Position numbers and translations under genes: made by a program
The notes under the pieces: generated by a model
Databases searched by the model: none
Told to the model about the DNA's origin: nothing
Seen by the model: only the letters and a program-made list of their open reading frames with translations
Part shown: in pieces, positions 19,401-29,733 of the stretch
Layout of the letters: the number at the start of each line of letters is the position of its first letter
Position numbering within the stretch: position 1 is the first letter of the stretch
Virus record (IMG/VR): IMGVR_UViG_3300047557_002442
Span: 37,220-101,219 of that record
DNA length: 64,000 nt
From: a virus
Direction: 5' to 3' (one strand)

Positions 19401-21550
19401 TAGCAATTCCACTTTCTTAAGGCTTTATTGATTCTTGAATCTGGATCTTTGGCTGTCTTAGCTGACGTCAATCTTTTCTTCATTCCACTCATACGAGCAC
19501 AGAATGATTTACGGCGCTTAGCTGCTTTACTATCAGGATCTAATTTAGATGGCTTTGTTGTTACAGCCATTGATAGTTTTGAACCAGGATTCTCTTTACG
19601 GTATGAAGCAATTCCTTTACGGTTTAGACCACCTTCTGGATTCTTACCAGCTTTACGCTGCCATGCTGGTGTCTTACCCTCGTCAAGATCAGCTTCCTCT
19701 TTCAAAGCATTGTCGACATAGTCATTAACATGCTTTTGTGCAGCTTCATGACTAATGTTGTGTTGTTTTGCAAGCTTCTTAGCTACCTGTACTGTTTTAT
19801 TACCTAGATGTTCGCTACCACCTATCTTTTTATAAGAAGCTACGTGTTTACCTAGATGTTGTTCAATGTCGGCATGCAACTCTGCCATCTTACCTTCATC
19901 TAATAGAAGGTCCTGAATTTGTTCATGCAAGTCAGAATCCATTTCAAAAGCCTTGCCACCAGATACAAACGAATTGACTCTAGCAAAAGCCCATTGCTGA
20001 GCTGTTTGTGTTGTATAATCTATTTTGTTCCAGTCAGCAATGCCTCTTTGGTAGACCTCTGCTAGCACATCATAAGGAACACCTGTCTTAAATGACTTGA
20101 ACTTTAAGGAAGTTTCTGCCGACTCTGAAATAGTTGCATTTTCTACCATTTCAACTATTGCATTGAATTGTTCAAAAGAAAGGTTTTTATTTTCTTTCTT
20201 TTCATCCTTTTTCTTCTCAGGCTCAGGCTTCTTAACTTGTGGTTGGTCAAAGGATACATTCTTCCAGCGCTCAATATTACCTAACGCTGTTGCTAGGATC
20301 TTATGTGAGCGTGATTCCTCAACATCTACCTCTTCTGTCTTTGTACCCCAGTTTTTAGCACCTGCTTTTCTACATTTTACTAAAGCACCAGAGGCATATG
20401 CACTAGGCCAAATCTTGTAACGAGATTTAACTTTATGATAACATGCATCTTTTTCTTCTGTAGCTACGTTGATAGCAGAACCGCTTCTTTCTGGATTGGG
20501 ATCCTGTCTACGTTTACGTTGAGCTGCCGCTGCTCGATCTTCTTTATCCATTGCACGTGCTTTAGCTAAAGGTAAACATTTTGGTTTACCTTCACCTTCT
20601 TCTCTTGCACATTGACCCTTAATGTTACCTTTAGTATCCATTCTTACCCACTTGTCTTGAAACCATTGTCTTATGTTTTCGTTCAGATCATGGTCCAACT
20701 CTTCATGAGCTTTGTCATGTATACCTTTGTGAGTCTTATGAATACTCGTATTCATTTTCTTCAAGTAACTCAAGCGCTTAGAGCGCTCTGACTCTACCTT
20801 TTGTTTATCATATGTTAGCTGTTCTGCAAATACAGCAAACGGCTCATTAACATCTTCCTTGACGGACTTGATGTGGCCTATGATCTCATTGGCATGTGGG
20901 TGTAATGCTTTTGGTAAACCAGCTTTAAAATGTTCGTGCTCACCAGCTCTTGCATGAGCTCGCATCTTTGTACCAGACATTCCAGAAACACCTTCAGCAT
21001 CTGGATCTCTTTCACCTGAGGACACAACCTTGATAGATTTGAAGTTGTAATGGCCTTCTTTGCCGTTATATTGTTTGAGTTTATCTTCATAATCCTTAGC
21101 ACGATCACTACCAGCAACCATTACCAAATGTTTGTGTCCAGCATCATGAAGTTTCTTAGCTGCATGTAAGAAGTTGGGCTCCTCTTTGGAAGATCCGTGA
21201 ATATTGACCCCATGAGGTTCAGCTACTTTCTTTAAGTAGTTAAGTTTGTGTTTTTGTGGGAGTGGATTACTAGATGTACCTTCAGAGTGACTTGCAAAAA
21301 CATGAGCACTACCGTTGTGTTGTTTTGCTGTCTGATGTACTGTATGAATTAGTTTTTCGTGGCCAGTCGTTGGTGGATTGAATCTACCAAAAGCCATCAC
21401 AGCTGTGGATTCTTTTTCTTCTCTAACAAATGCTTTATCTTGGTCATCTTTAGGATTGATAATAATCTCATCCTTATTACCTGCAGATAGCTTTCTGTTA
21501 AGTTTCTTGCCCGCTTGAGGCATCTTTTGTGTCAATTGATCTAATGGCAT
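19400..21550 (-). CDS. HIGH-family nucleotidyltransferase fused to several small basic modules
   Basis: AFGRFNPPTTGH, MVAGSDR, MSGTKMR; downstream K/R-rich modules ending KALRKWNC. Confidence 0.75.
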   Translation of the reverse strand: MPLDQLTQKMPQAGKKLNRKLSAGNKDEIIINPKDDQDKAFVREEKESTAVMAFGRFNPPTTGHEKLIHTVHQTAKQHNGSAHVFASHSEGTSSNPLPQKHKLNYLKKVAEPHGVNIHGSSKEEPNFLHAAKKLHDAGHKHLVMVAGSDRAKDYEDKLKQYNGKEGHYNFKSIKVVSSGERDPDAEGVSGMSGTKMRAHARAGEHEHFKAGLPKALHPHANEIIGHIKSVKEDVNEPFAVFAEQLTYDKQKVESERSKRLSYLKKMNTSIHKTHKGIHDKAHEELDHDLNENIRQWFQDKWVRMDTKGNIKGQCAREEGEGKPKCLPLAKARAMDKEDRAAAAQRKRRQDPNPERSGSAINVATEEKDACYHKVKSRYKIWPSAYASGALVKCRKAGAKNWGTKTEEVDVEESRSHKILATALGNIERWKNVSFDQPQVKKPEPEKKKDEKKENKNLSFEQFNAIVEMVENATISESAETSLKFKSFKTGVPYDVLAEVYQRGIADWNKIDYTTQTAQQWAFARVNSFVSGGKAFEMDSDLHEQIQDLLLDEGKMAELHADIEQHLGKHVASYKKIGGSEHLGNKTVQVAKKLAKQHNISHEAAQKHVNDYVDNALKEEADLDEGKTPAWQRKAGKNPEGGLNRKGIASYRKENPGSKLSMAVTTKPSKLDPDSKAAKRRKSFCARMSGMKKRLTSAKTAKDPDSRINKALRKWNC

Positions 21551-21604
21551 AGATTTTCCTTTAATTATCAGGTTTGTCGTAACCTAACTGATATTATATA
21601 AGGT

Positions 21605-21612
21605 TATTTATA
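21605..21612 (-). promoter_or_regulatory. T4 late promoter
   Basis: Exact TATAAATA upstream of the 716-aa ORF. Confidence 0.6.
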
Positions 21613-21619
21613 ATATTTA

Positions 21620-22246
21620 TTATTCAGGTTTGTATTTTTTGGTAGATCCGTCAGGCTGCACATGATAGGCATGGAAGTTGACGTTTGGGTGTTGTTCTTT
21701 CATTTTCAAGAAGTGATGTAAGTTTGTTTTACTATCATCATACATATGAACGGAATGAACATTACCCTTTTTGACATAGTCTGATATGATTTTTGTTTTT
21801 TTGTGTGCAGGTTGTTCATTGCCTGGAATGTTGCCCGCTCTGTGAACATGAATGTTATCTACATCAACACCGTGTTTTTTGAATGTATCTAAGAATTTGT
21901 GTTTGTTGTCAAAGTCAGCACGTGCTGTATTCATGATTACTTTTGAACTCGATCCCACTTTTGATTTGATATTTTGATGAATAGCTTTCATCTTGTTCAA
22001 CATCTTTGGAATAGGTTTTGATTCTTTTGCAAATTTATCAGCTGATCTGAATTCGCTGTAGTCATAACTATGTCCAGATGGTAGCTTATGGTCATTATAC
22101 TCTTGATTGGAAAGTTTTTGAACAGTTTGTCCATGTTTATTTTTTACATGGATTTGTGCATTAGTATGAAATAAAGTATCATCCACATCAAATACATGTA
22201 GACTACCTTTACTTTCTTCTATTAAATAATCTTTGAATGATTTCAT
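21620..22246 (-). CDS. HAD-family phosphatase with capsid-targeting-like N-terminus
   Basis: FDVDDTL (motif I), NTAR (II), K (III), YDD (IV); starts MKSFKDYLIEE. Confidence 0.75.
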   Translation of the reverse strand: MKSFKDYLIEESKGSLHVFDVDDTLFHTNAQIHVKNKHGQTVQKLSNQEYNDHKLPSGHSYDYSEFRSADKFAKESKPIPKMLNKMKAIHQNIKSKVGSSSKVIMNTARADFDNKHKFLDTFKKHGVDVDNIHVHRAGNIPGNEQPAHKKTKIISDYVKKGNVHSVHMYDDSKTNLHHFLKMKEQHPNVNFHAYHVQPDGSTKKYKPE

Positions 22247-23553
22247 TAGGTTATCTCTTCCCAAACCATTGCTCCAACAGCATCATTACCGTTTGTTGCA
22301 CCTGTACCTGCAAGGGTAATAATAATGCCATTGTTATTTGCTGCAAATGGATCTCTTTCAAGTTGATATGCAAATAATTGCTCTCTTGATAGATTAACAG
22401 CAGCTCCCCCTGCACCAGCTGATACGTTCACATATCCAACTGTTGCGTCGCGACCTCCTGAAACGGCAGAAGCAGTTATATCATATTCAATCGGAGAATC
22501 GGTGTCTGCTGAAACCCATGATGCCCCTGTCAATGTTCCGCCTATAATAATTTTGTACCTATAGCTTGTATTATTAGTTACACCAAAGAATTCAACATCT
22601 TTTAATATAGCCAATGCATCTTTGAATGAGTCTTTTAATCTAATTGATACTACTGGCGTAAACGTTCCTGCTGTCGGCAAGTCTTTTGGCGATGTGATTG
22701 GTATGCTTATACTTCTTGCTTTACCTTCAAGTTGATATCCACCTTCGGAAACAACTGTGGAACAAATTTGTTTTATCTTAGAAGTAGATACTGTAGTACC
22801 TGTATTTTCTATTTCGTATCGGATAGGAAGGATAGCCGTGGTCATGTAGGTTGTTGTGTTTAAATTATCGTTGTGGAATATATGTGCTGGTATCATCAAA
22901 CCATCAACAACAAACCCACATCGTACATCTCCTACACCAAGCCACTCAACATCAATCCAAAAAATATTAGATTTGGTAATATCTAAATCACCACGATCAG
23001 GGTGTGCTGATTGTGAAGCACCGCCTGTACCATCAAACTTATCTACGTTCCAGTCAGCCTGGGCAACTCGTGTCTCTACTACCGTTCCTGACGTATATGT
23101 TCTAAGTACAAGATAATTTCCTGTACCATCGTTCTCAAAAAATATCCCATTTTGTGTATTAAAATATCCAACACGTTGTCTCAGGTTAGCTTTTTGAGCA
23201 GTCATTACAAATGTGTTCATAATGAGCAATGATTTACCAGGTTGATATGCAAAAACTCTTTTACTTTCACGATAACACCTATCGCCAGATGTTGAGCCTA
23301 CATTCATATCGATTGCAGATTCGTTCGTTTGGTATTGGGTGTTTGCTGTTCCACTCGTGCTTGTTATGAACTTACCATTATCTTGGTATCGATGGAAAGA
23401 ATCAAATAATGTCACTGGATTAGAAACTCTCAGACGACCAAATGCATCAGTGGCTGTGCCAGAAGCAGTAAATCTGCTACTAAGCATATTCACTTCGTAG
23501 ATGGTTTTACCATCTGCTAGATATCTTGACTGGTCTGTTCTAAATTGTGCCAT
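22246..23553 (-). CDS. Virion structural protein (beta-rich)
   Basis: DAFGRLRVS..TLFD, YQPGKS, WLGVG.VR.GF motifs of a widespread phage family. Confidence 0.55.
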   Translation of the reverse strand: MAQFRTDQSRYLADGKTIYEVNMLSSRFTASGTATDAFGRLRVSNPVTLFDSFHRYQDNGKFITSTSGTANTQYQTNESAIDMNVGSTSGDRCYRESKRVFAYQPGKSLLIMNTFVMTAQKANLRQRVGYFNTQNGIFFENDGTGNYLVLRTYTSGTVVETRVAQADWNVDKFDGTGGASQSAHPDRGDLDITKSNIFWIDVEWLGVGDVRCGFVVDGLMIPAHIFHNDNLNTTTYMTTAILPIRYEIENTGTTVSTSKIKQICSTVVSEGGYQLEGKARSISIPITSPKDLPTAGTFTPVVSIRLKDSFKDALAILKDVEFFGVTNNTSYRYKIIIGGTLTGASWVSADTDSPIEYDITASAVSGGRDATVGYVNVSAGAGGAAVNLSREQLFAYQLERDPFAANNNGIIITLAGTGATNGNDAVGAMVWEEIT

Positions 23554-24746
23554 TATTCACTTCTTGCTAAAAAGTTTGCTCTACTGAATTCTTTTCTATC
23601 AACTAGTTTAGTTGGTCTATTATTTCTTACAGCGACAAACCCTTCTGGTTTTGCCTTTTGTCCGTTGATATGGTGTTCAAACTTCTGACTGTGGGACATT
23701 GCTTTGACCAAAACATCTTTTGCATCCGTCAAATGCTTATGCATTTGCAGAACATTATGAAAATGTTCTTTATTTTTATCAACGTGTTGTGCATGCTGAT
23801 CATGCTCACTCTTAACCTTACTTATGCTCTTTTCAGTTTTGAGCTTGCCCATCTGTTTTGTGAAATGATCCTTTAGATGATCCTTATATCCTTCCACAGA
23901 AGGCTCCTTGCCCGTCTTAACCGTTGAATTAATATAGGTTTTTAGGTGTGTCGTATGTGGTTCAGCAGATTTGAATGTGTCCGGATGAGCTGTATTAAAG
24001 TGATGAACGGCCTTATTAAGGTGATGTTCAAACTTTTGTTGTGCTTCCTTCGGATAATGCGCCTTAGACATATCGTGTTCTGTCGAAATTACATGTACAT
24101 CCGGGTGACTATTGAAGTGAGACGTGTTGGCATTGTATTTTGCCTTCATGTTTGACAGGTCATCACCATGATATGATGTGTGAACAGCGACTCCAATCTT
24201 AGAATTTGTGATTTTTTGACCTTCATCGCTATGGGCATGTGTTGAGTAGCTGATGACATTTGGCTTAAAATGGTATTTTCCACCTTTATGCTCGACGTCT
24301 CCATGTGGATTTGCTTCACTCTTCACACCTGAGTGCATGATATCCCCTTGAAAAACACCAGTTTTTGGTGTTGACTTTGGTAAATGCTCGAGAGCCGTCT
24401 TCAATTTTTGTGCTAGACCAGGTGCATGACCGTGATTTTTGTCAATATCTTCATGTGTATAGTTGATTTTTGGTGTTTTATTGAATACTGACTTAGACCC
24501 AACAAAGAATTTTCCTGTTTTTGGATGATGACCAAAGACAATTGATGGGGATCCATCATATTTTGTGCTAACAGACGTGCTATTTTTCTTGCCTGTTAAC
24601 TGATGGTGGACATCAGCAAGGTTATGATAGGCATGGCTGAAGCCTTTATCACCAGCATTCAGTACGTGATCTTCTGCATGTTCGAGATGAGTCAGCTTTG
24701 ATTCGTCAGAAGTAGCCTCAGTTATAAATGTCGAAAAGGATTTCAT
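23553..24746 (-). CDS. His-rich protein with ATP-dependent ligase/nucleotidyltransferase motifs and a capsid-targeting-like N-terminus
   Basis: KYDGS (motif I), FQGD (III), EGFV (IV), KLV (V); starts MKSFSTFITEA. Confidence 0.6.
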   Translation of the reverse strand: MKSFSTFITEATSDESKLTHLEHAEDHVLNAGDKGFSHAYHNLADVHHQLTGKKNSTSVSTKYDGSPSIVFGHHPKTGKFFVGSKSVFNKTPKINYTHEDIDKNHGHAPGLAQKLKTALEHLPKSTPKTGVFQGDIMHSGVKSEANPHGDVEHKGGKYHFKPNVISYSTHAHSDEGQKITNSKIGVAVHTSYHGDDLSNMKAKYNANTSHFNSHPDVHVISTEHDMSKAHYPKEAQQKFEHHLNKAVHHFNTAHPDTFKSAEPHTTHLKTYINSTVKTGKEPSVEGYKDHLKDHFTKQMGKLKTEKSISKVKSEHDQHAQHVDKNKEHFHNVLQMHKHLTDAKDVLVKAMSHSQKFEHHINGQKAKPEGFVAVRNNRPTKLVDRKEFSRANFLARSE

Positions 24747-24778
24747 AGGGGTTCTCTTAATTATTCTGCTTATTTATG

Positions 24779-26200
24779 TTAATACAACTTACCAAACGGA
24801 CCAAACTTATCACCCTTCTTCATAGCCAAGAAAGTCATGTCGGTCATGAAGGACTCCATCTTCTCCTTAGGTAAAGATAATATAGAATTCAAGAACGTAA
24901 GTTGCATTAACTTTGCTGTTGCAACGTGACGATCTTTACCATTAAGTACGGCAATCATGTTCTTCACAAATTCATCCACTGTTGCAACGTTTGTCTTTGT
25001 CAAAGTGCTGACACTAATCTTACTAAACATCTGTTTATAGAGATTTTTCTTCTTCTCAAACTCTTCAGCTGTCTTTGGATAATTCTTATGATTGTTATCA
25101 AATGTGAACCCGTATTCTCTACAAAGTGTCAGTACCATGTCAACAGGAGCTTTACCAATACGAGCTGCAGACGCTTCTTTCATTGTTGGTTCGAATTTGA
25201 GGTTTGATGCAGCAACAGAATCGTTTCCCTTTATTTGGAAGTTGAATGTTCCTTGATCTCCACCAAACACAACAATCTTAGTTTCCTGGTTCTGGAATGA
25301 TGTTGGACTTCTCAATGATAGGTCAATCCTCATTTCTGTTACAGAGAAGTTATAGTTTTTCGTATCGACAAAGTCTCCATCATTGACATTGACTTCTTCA
25401 TACTGTGCTTGTTGTCCTGATACTTTCTTCAAGGACACACCAATCACTCGTCGTTGTTTAAACATAGTACGTAGTGTACTATTCAGTTCTGTAAGTGTTT
25501 GAGACTTGCCACCTGACGTTACTTTGTCAAGATCTCTCATTACGGATGCAACATCTTTGATCAACCAAATGTCTGCTGGATCCCATGTGTCCTTTTGAGA
25601 TATACCATACTTACTTTTAACAAGATCTGTTATATACTTCATAAACCCACCTTCACGATTGAAAACAGTGAATTGTGGATTTGAGTATTCTTGTAGCATT
25701 CTTTGTTGTTGAAGGAAGTAGATCTTCACCCACTCTTCAGTAATCTCAGGATATATCTCTTGAAGCTCAAAGTACTTTGGATCTGTGATAATATCTTGGT
25801 ACTGTGAGTACTTCATATTATCTTTCATGGCTCGTTTCATGATCCATGCAGATCCAAGTTCTTGTTTCCTTGTTGTAGTAGCATCAGCCCCAACCCCACC
25901 CGCTGTTTTCTTTCGGGATAGTTGGAACTTGATTTTGTAGCCATTCACGACAGCATAGAATGCTTCAGCTGTAGCCTGGCTGTTAGGAAGATCTTTGTTG
26001 ATCTTTTTGATATGTTCTAAGTTTGTTTCACTACACTTAATGACCCATTGCTTGCTTTTTGTTCTATCCCAAAAGGCATCTCCCAAGAATCCTTCATTAG
26101 GACTTGGGAGTTTTGTTAGCATTGTTGTCAAAGGACTTCTTAGGTCCGATGGTGCATGACTTAGTGTTGCATCTTTATAAAGTGAGAAGTTTGTTGCCAT
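24779..26200 (-). CDS. Large hypothetical protein, possible PD-(D/E)XK nuclease
   Basis: QE...DTWDPADIW...GVSLKK pattern. Confidence 0.45.
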   Translation of the reverse strand: MATNFSLYKDATLSHAPSDLRSPLTTMLTKLPSPNEGFLGDAFWDRTKSKQWVIKCSETNLEHIKKINKDLPNSQATAEAFYAVVNGYKIKFQLSRKKTAGGVGADATTTRKQELGSAWIMKRAMKDNMKYSQYQDIITDPKYFELQEIYPEITEEWVKIYFLQQQRMLQEYSNPQFTVFNREGGFMKYITDLVKSKYGISQKDTWDPADIWLIKDVASVMRDLDKVTSGGKSQTLTELNSTLRTMFKQRRVIGVSLKKVSGQQAQYEEVNVNDGDFVDTKNYNFSVTEMRIDLSLRSPTSFQNQETKIVVFGGDQGTFNFQIKGNDSVAASNLKFEPTMKEASAARIGKAPVDMVLTLCREYGFTFDNNHKNYPKTAEEFEKKKNLYKQMFSKISVSTLTKTNVATVDEFVKNMIAVLNGKDRHVATAKLMQLTFLNSILSLPKEKMESFMTDMTFLAMKKGDKFGPFGKLY

Positions 26201-26223
26201 GATAACCCCATACAGTAATGAGG

Positions 26224-26231
26224 TATTTATA
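26224..26231 (-). promoter_or_regulatory. T4 late promoter
   Basis: Exact TATAAATA about 24 bp upstream of the ATG at 26200. Confidence 0.65.
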
Positions 26232-27335
26232 GGCTACATCTCTTCTATGATACCTAATATCTCAGCTGCCACAATCAAGAGGCCTCCAAGTGGTAAGTAA
26301 CCATACATGATGCTTGCGCCAGCAATGATTCGAATGGCACTCTTCACCATACTAACATAAAAGTGGAAATCTCTTTTCATAATCTATTTTCTTTCTATTA
26401 AGCTACGTCGTGATCTTTATCGATCGTTATAGTTATATCACCAACATCAAAATTAATATCTGAGTCAGCATACCCACCACATTCATCTACCCAGAGATTA
26501 TCATAATCAATTCCCCCGATATGATCATCAGACGCAAAATGATCGCTAAGGTCTTCTCTCGTCAACTGGTACGAAGCGCCAAGAAGAGCGTCATGGAATC
26601 TATCCGCTATCTCTCTCCACGTCAATGCTTCACCTTCAATCGTCGTCTTCGACCCTTCTTCTTCAAACTCTATTTTAAACTTCATCTGGAAACACCCTTC
26701 CCGCTACATAAGCACACAGCCATCCCACAGTACCAAACCCCAAGGCCGCCATCACATTCCAGACAGGCTCAGGACCAACTTTGCCCTGCGCAATCAAGAC
26801 CCCAGTGAAAAATCCAGCAAGGAGCGATATAGTCAGAGCAAGGCGTCGTACAAACGGATTCTTAAAGAAAACATTCATTTAGTAACATCCTCATCATTTA
26901 CAATAAACACCCGACGACTTTTCTCTAAGATCTGTCGGATCCGCCAAGTCAAATACACAAACGTGCTAAGAAGCGTCAGAGCAACGGCAGTGCCGATCAC
27001 AGCAAGCAATAAAATAAAATTATACACCCAATCCGAAATCATCTTCATCCTTACTGCATTCCTGATTTTGCTTCTTAGCAAATCTAATTAAATAAACAAT
27101 CATAGCGATCCAAGACAAGACCAGAATGATTGAAGAAATTAAAATGAAAGTATACATCATTTCTTCCCTTTGGTCAACGTCCATGGACCATTACACTCTG
27201 TAGCTTCTTGTATATCATGACTCCAAAGCATTAAACGATTGTAGATTGGATATATCCAAGCAAGCCCAGTCCAATTCATAGGAATACTCAGAACATGTCC
27301 AATGTAATACAAAATGTATGAGAGTACAAATCCTA

Positions 27336-27581
27336 CTAATCTGAGAACCATGTTGTCAACTCATCGTGTGTAGGTAATCCATTCTTACGCTTGATCTCTT
27401 TCCCATCCTCTAACATGATCATTGTAGGGACAGACCTTACTCCGTATTGTATAGCTAGTTCCATCTCTTTGTCAATGTCGACCTCCTTTACCATATGACT
27501 GTACGGATGATCATATAGCATCGCTGCGAGAGCCTTGCAAGGTTGACACCAGCTTGCTGAAAATTTTAGTACTTCTTTCAT
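27336..27581 (-). CDS. Thioredoxin
   Basis: WCQPC active site, GVRSVPT. Confidence 0.9.
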   Translation of the reverse strand: MKEVLKFSASWCQPCKALAAMLYDHPYSHMVKEVDIDKEMELAIQYGVRSVPTMIMLEDGKEIKRKNGLPTHDELTTWFSD

Positions 27582-27621
27582 CTCTATTCCTTATAGTATT
27601 AATGAGTGGGAATCATACGTC

Positions 27622-28339
27622 AAAAAACGCCCCCCTGGGTAGATTTATACAGCAGAGAATCATAGCGCTAAAAATCGCCCCCCGGGGGTATTTCAGGACC
27701 GTTCAGTATAATGCGAAAACGTGGTGAATCCAAGTAGCTCGAGAACTAGGTCCGCATCATCATAATATTTACGCGGAGATTCGCCCCCCGGGGTGTTTTT
27801 CCGCAGGGGATCTGCATAGACGCTTCTCCTATACTGGCAGTACTCGTAAGCCTACGAACTTCCTACCATACTTCTTCTCGCACCAATCGATCAACTTCTT
27901 TTCGTCTTTTACTTTTGATTCTTTTACGATTAACTTGCTGAAGAAAAAGAAACATCTTTCTTTCAAAACTACTTCGTATCTAAACATTGCTGTCCCTTCT
28001 TGAGATAATAATCTAACTGCTGTATAATACTCTCTCTTGGTGACGCATACATTCTGACTGCAGTGCCTTCTATGCTACGTGATGCTTCTGCTAGAATGTC
28101 GGCCAGTGATTGTGTGTTATACTTGTCATAGTTAAACAGCATCTTGTTATTCCCACTTAAATATACGTGCCATGATATCAGTGATGATGAATATAGAAAG
28201 CATGCCTATTAGACCTGCCAGTAATATGATGGTGTTCTCAATCATGCATCTCTCCTATGCGTGTTATATACGGGGGGGTATATAAGCCCCTGTTTTTCCC
28301 GCGTGTATATACGGGGGGGTCTATAGACCCGGTGTTTTT
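27622..28339. repeat. G/C-tract repeat region: three CGCCCCCC(C/T)GGG units and two TATATACGGGGGGGT units
   Basis: Units near 27628, 27676 and 27782; imperfect direct repeat 28259-28298 / 28301-28339. Confidence 0.75.
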
Positions 28340-29490
28340 AAGCCGCTGCTCTTTCATCCTGCATCAGACGTGACATGATGTATTTCGCACGGTTCATGTA
28401 CTTGCGAGCACGCTCTGTGTCAGGTTCGCCGAATTCGCCAGAGATCACTTCCTGTGCATCGCTCAAAATGCTCATTGCAAGCATCAATGGATCTTCTGTG
28501 GATTCTATCGCACGGTCAATCGCAGCTTGTGTGCAGCCATAACATTGTTTTTCAAAGTCGTTCATGTCTCTCTCCTAATTAGTTAACCATTAGAGACATT
28601 ATCTAATTCCTCGGAAATTAAGTCAACCTCTTCATCATCCTTTTTGTCGAAATCTTCATCTTTCGGTTTGAACTTCCGACCGAACGCGAATCGCGCTTTT
28701 GACGTCTTGATTGCCTCGTATTGGAACCCGGGTGGGAGTGGTGGAGGAGTCCATTGATTAGGAGAGACAGACCCCTCCACTCCCAGCTTGACCATTTTGG
28801 CATCTCTTCCGTACGCTCTGCGAATGATGCCTGGAACGACATCGTATGATTGCAGGCCTCTAGAAGGGATGTCAATATAATGCTTGAATTCTTTTCCGTT
28901 TTGCTGTACGGTGGCTACTAGCTTATTCATCTTGCTCCAGTTTGATTTTGCCTACTAATATCATTCCTCTTTCTTCTGCCGTTTCGAATAAAAAATGTTC
29001 TCCATATCTTCTATACACATACAGATACTGTGGCTCTTTAGGCTGTGGCTTGATGCGGAAATAAAATCCTTCATTATTCCACAGAGGTGACTGAACATTT
29101 TTCCAAGAGCCACTATCTAAAAACTTAAATTCAATCTCTGCGCCGTCAGCCCATGCATGAATCTCTTTCGCCCATTTGTGCGGCTTATTCATCAGAACGG
29201 ATCCTTCTCTTGGAACAACTGCATTCTCTCTAGCTGGTCTGCAAGCTTCGCTGCTTCACCTGCTAAACGTGTGCTCTCACCTAAGTTGAATCCATACTTC
29301 GCTGTTGCTTCCTGGATGTCCTGTACATTGCTACTTAACGTATGCAGCACATGTACTAGCTTCTCTAACATGTACGGTGTTACTACTACTGACTTAGTGC
29401 TTGGTGCTATTGCTTGTGCCATTCTGCTCTCCTAATCTCATTCAGACATAGTCTATTATACACATGAACCTAATATAGGTCAACAGGCTT

Positions 29491-29733
29491 CTATCTCCGC
29501 TCTACACGCTCTTGACAGAAGACACATAGTCTCACACCAGGAATCAACTGCTGTCTCTTCAATGGGATCTCATCACCACATTCCTCGCAGTGAGTAAGGC
29601 TAGGCTGAGCCGCTTGTTCTGCGATTCTCCTGCGTACGTCTGCTACTGCATTCATATGTACGTGGATAGCATGGAGCTGAGCCATCTCTGACTCTTCCTC
29701 ATTATTGTAAACAAAATCATCCTGTGTAATCAC
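29491..29733 (-). CDS. TraR/DksA C4 zinc-finger protein
   Basis: CEECGDEIPLKRQQLIPGVRLCVFCQ. Confidence 0.85.
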   Translation of the reverse strand: MITQDDFVYNNEEESEMAQLHAIHVHMNAVADVRRRIAEQAAQPSLTHCEECGDEIPLKRQQLIPGVRLCVFCQERVERR

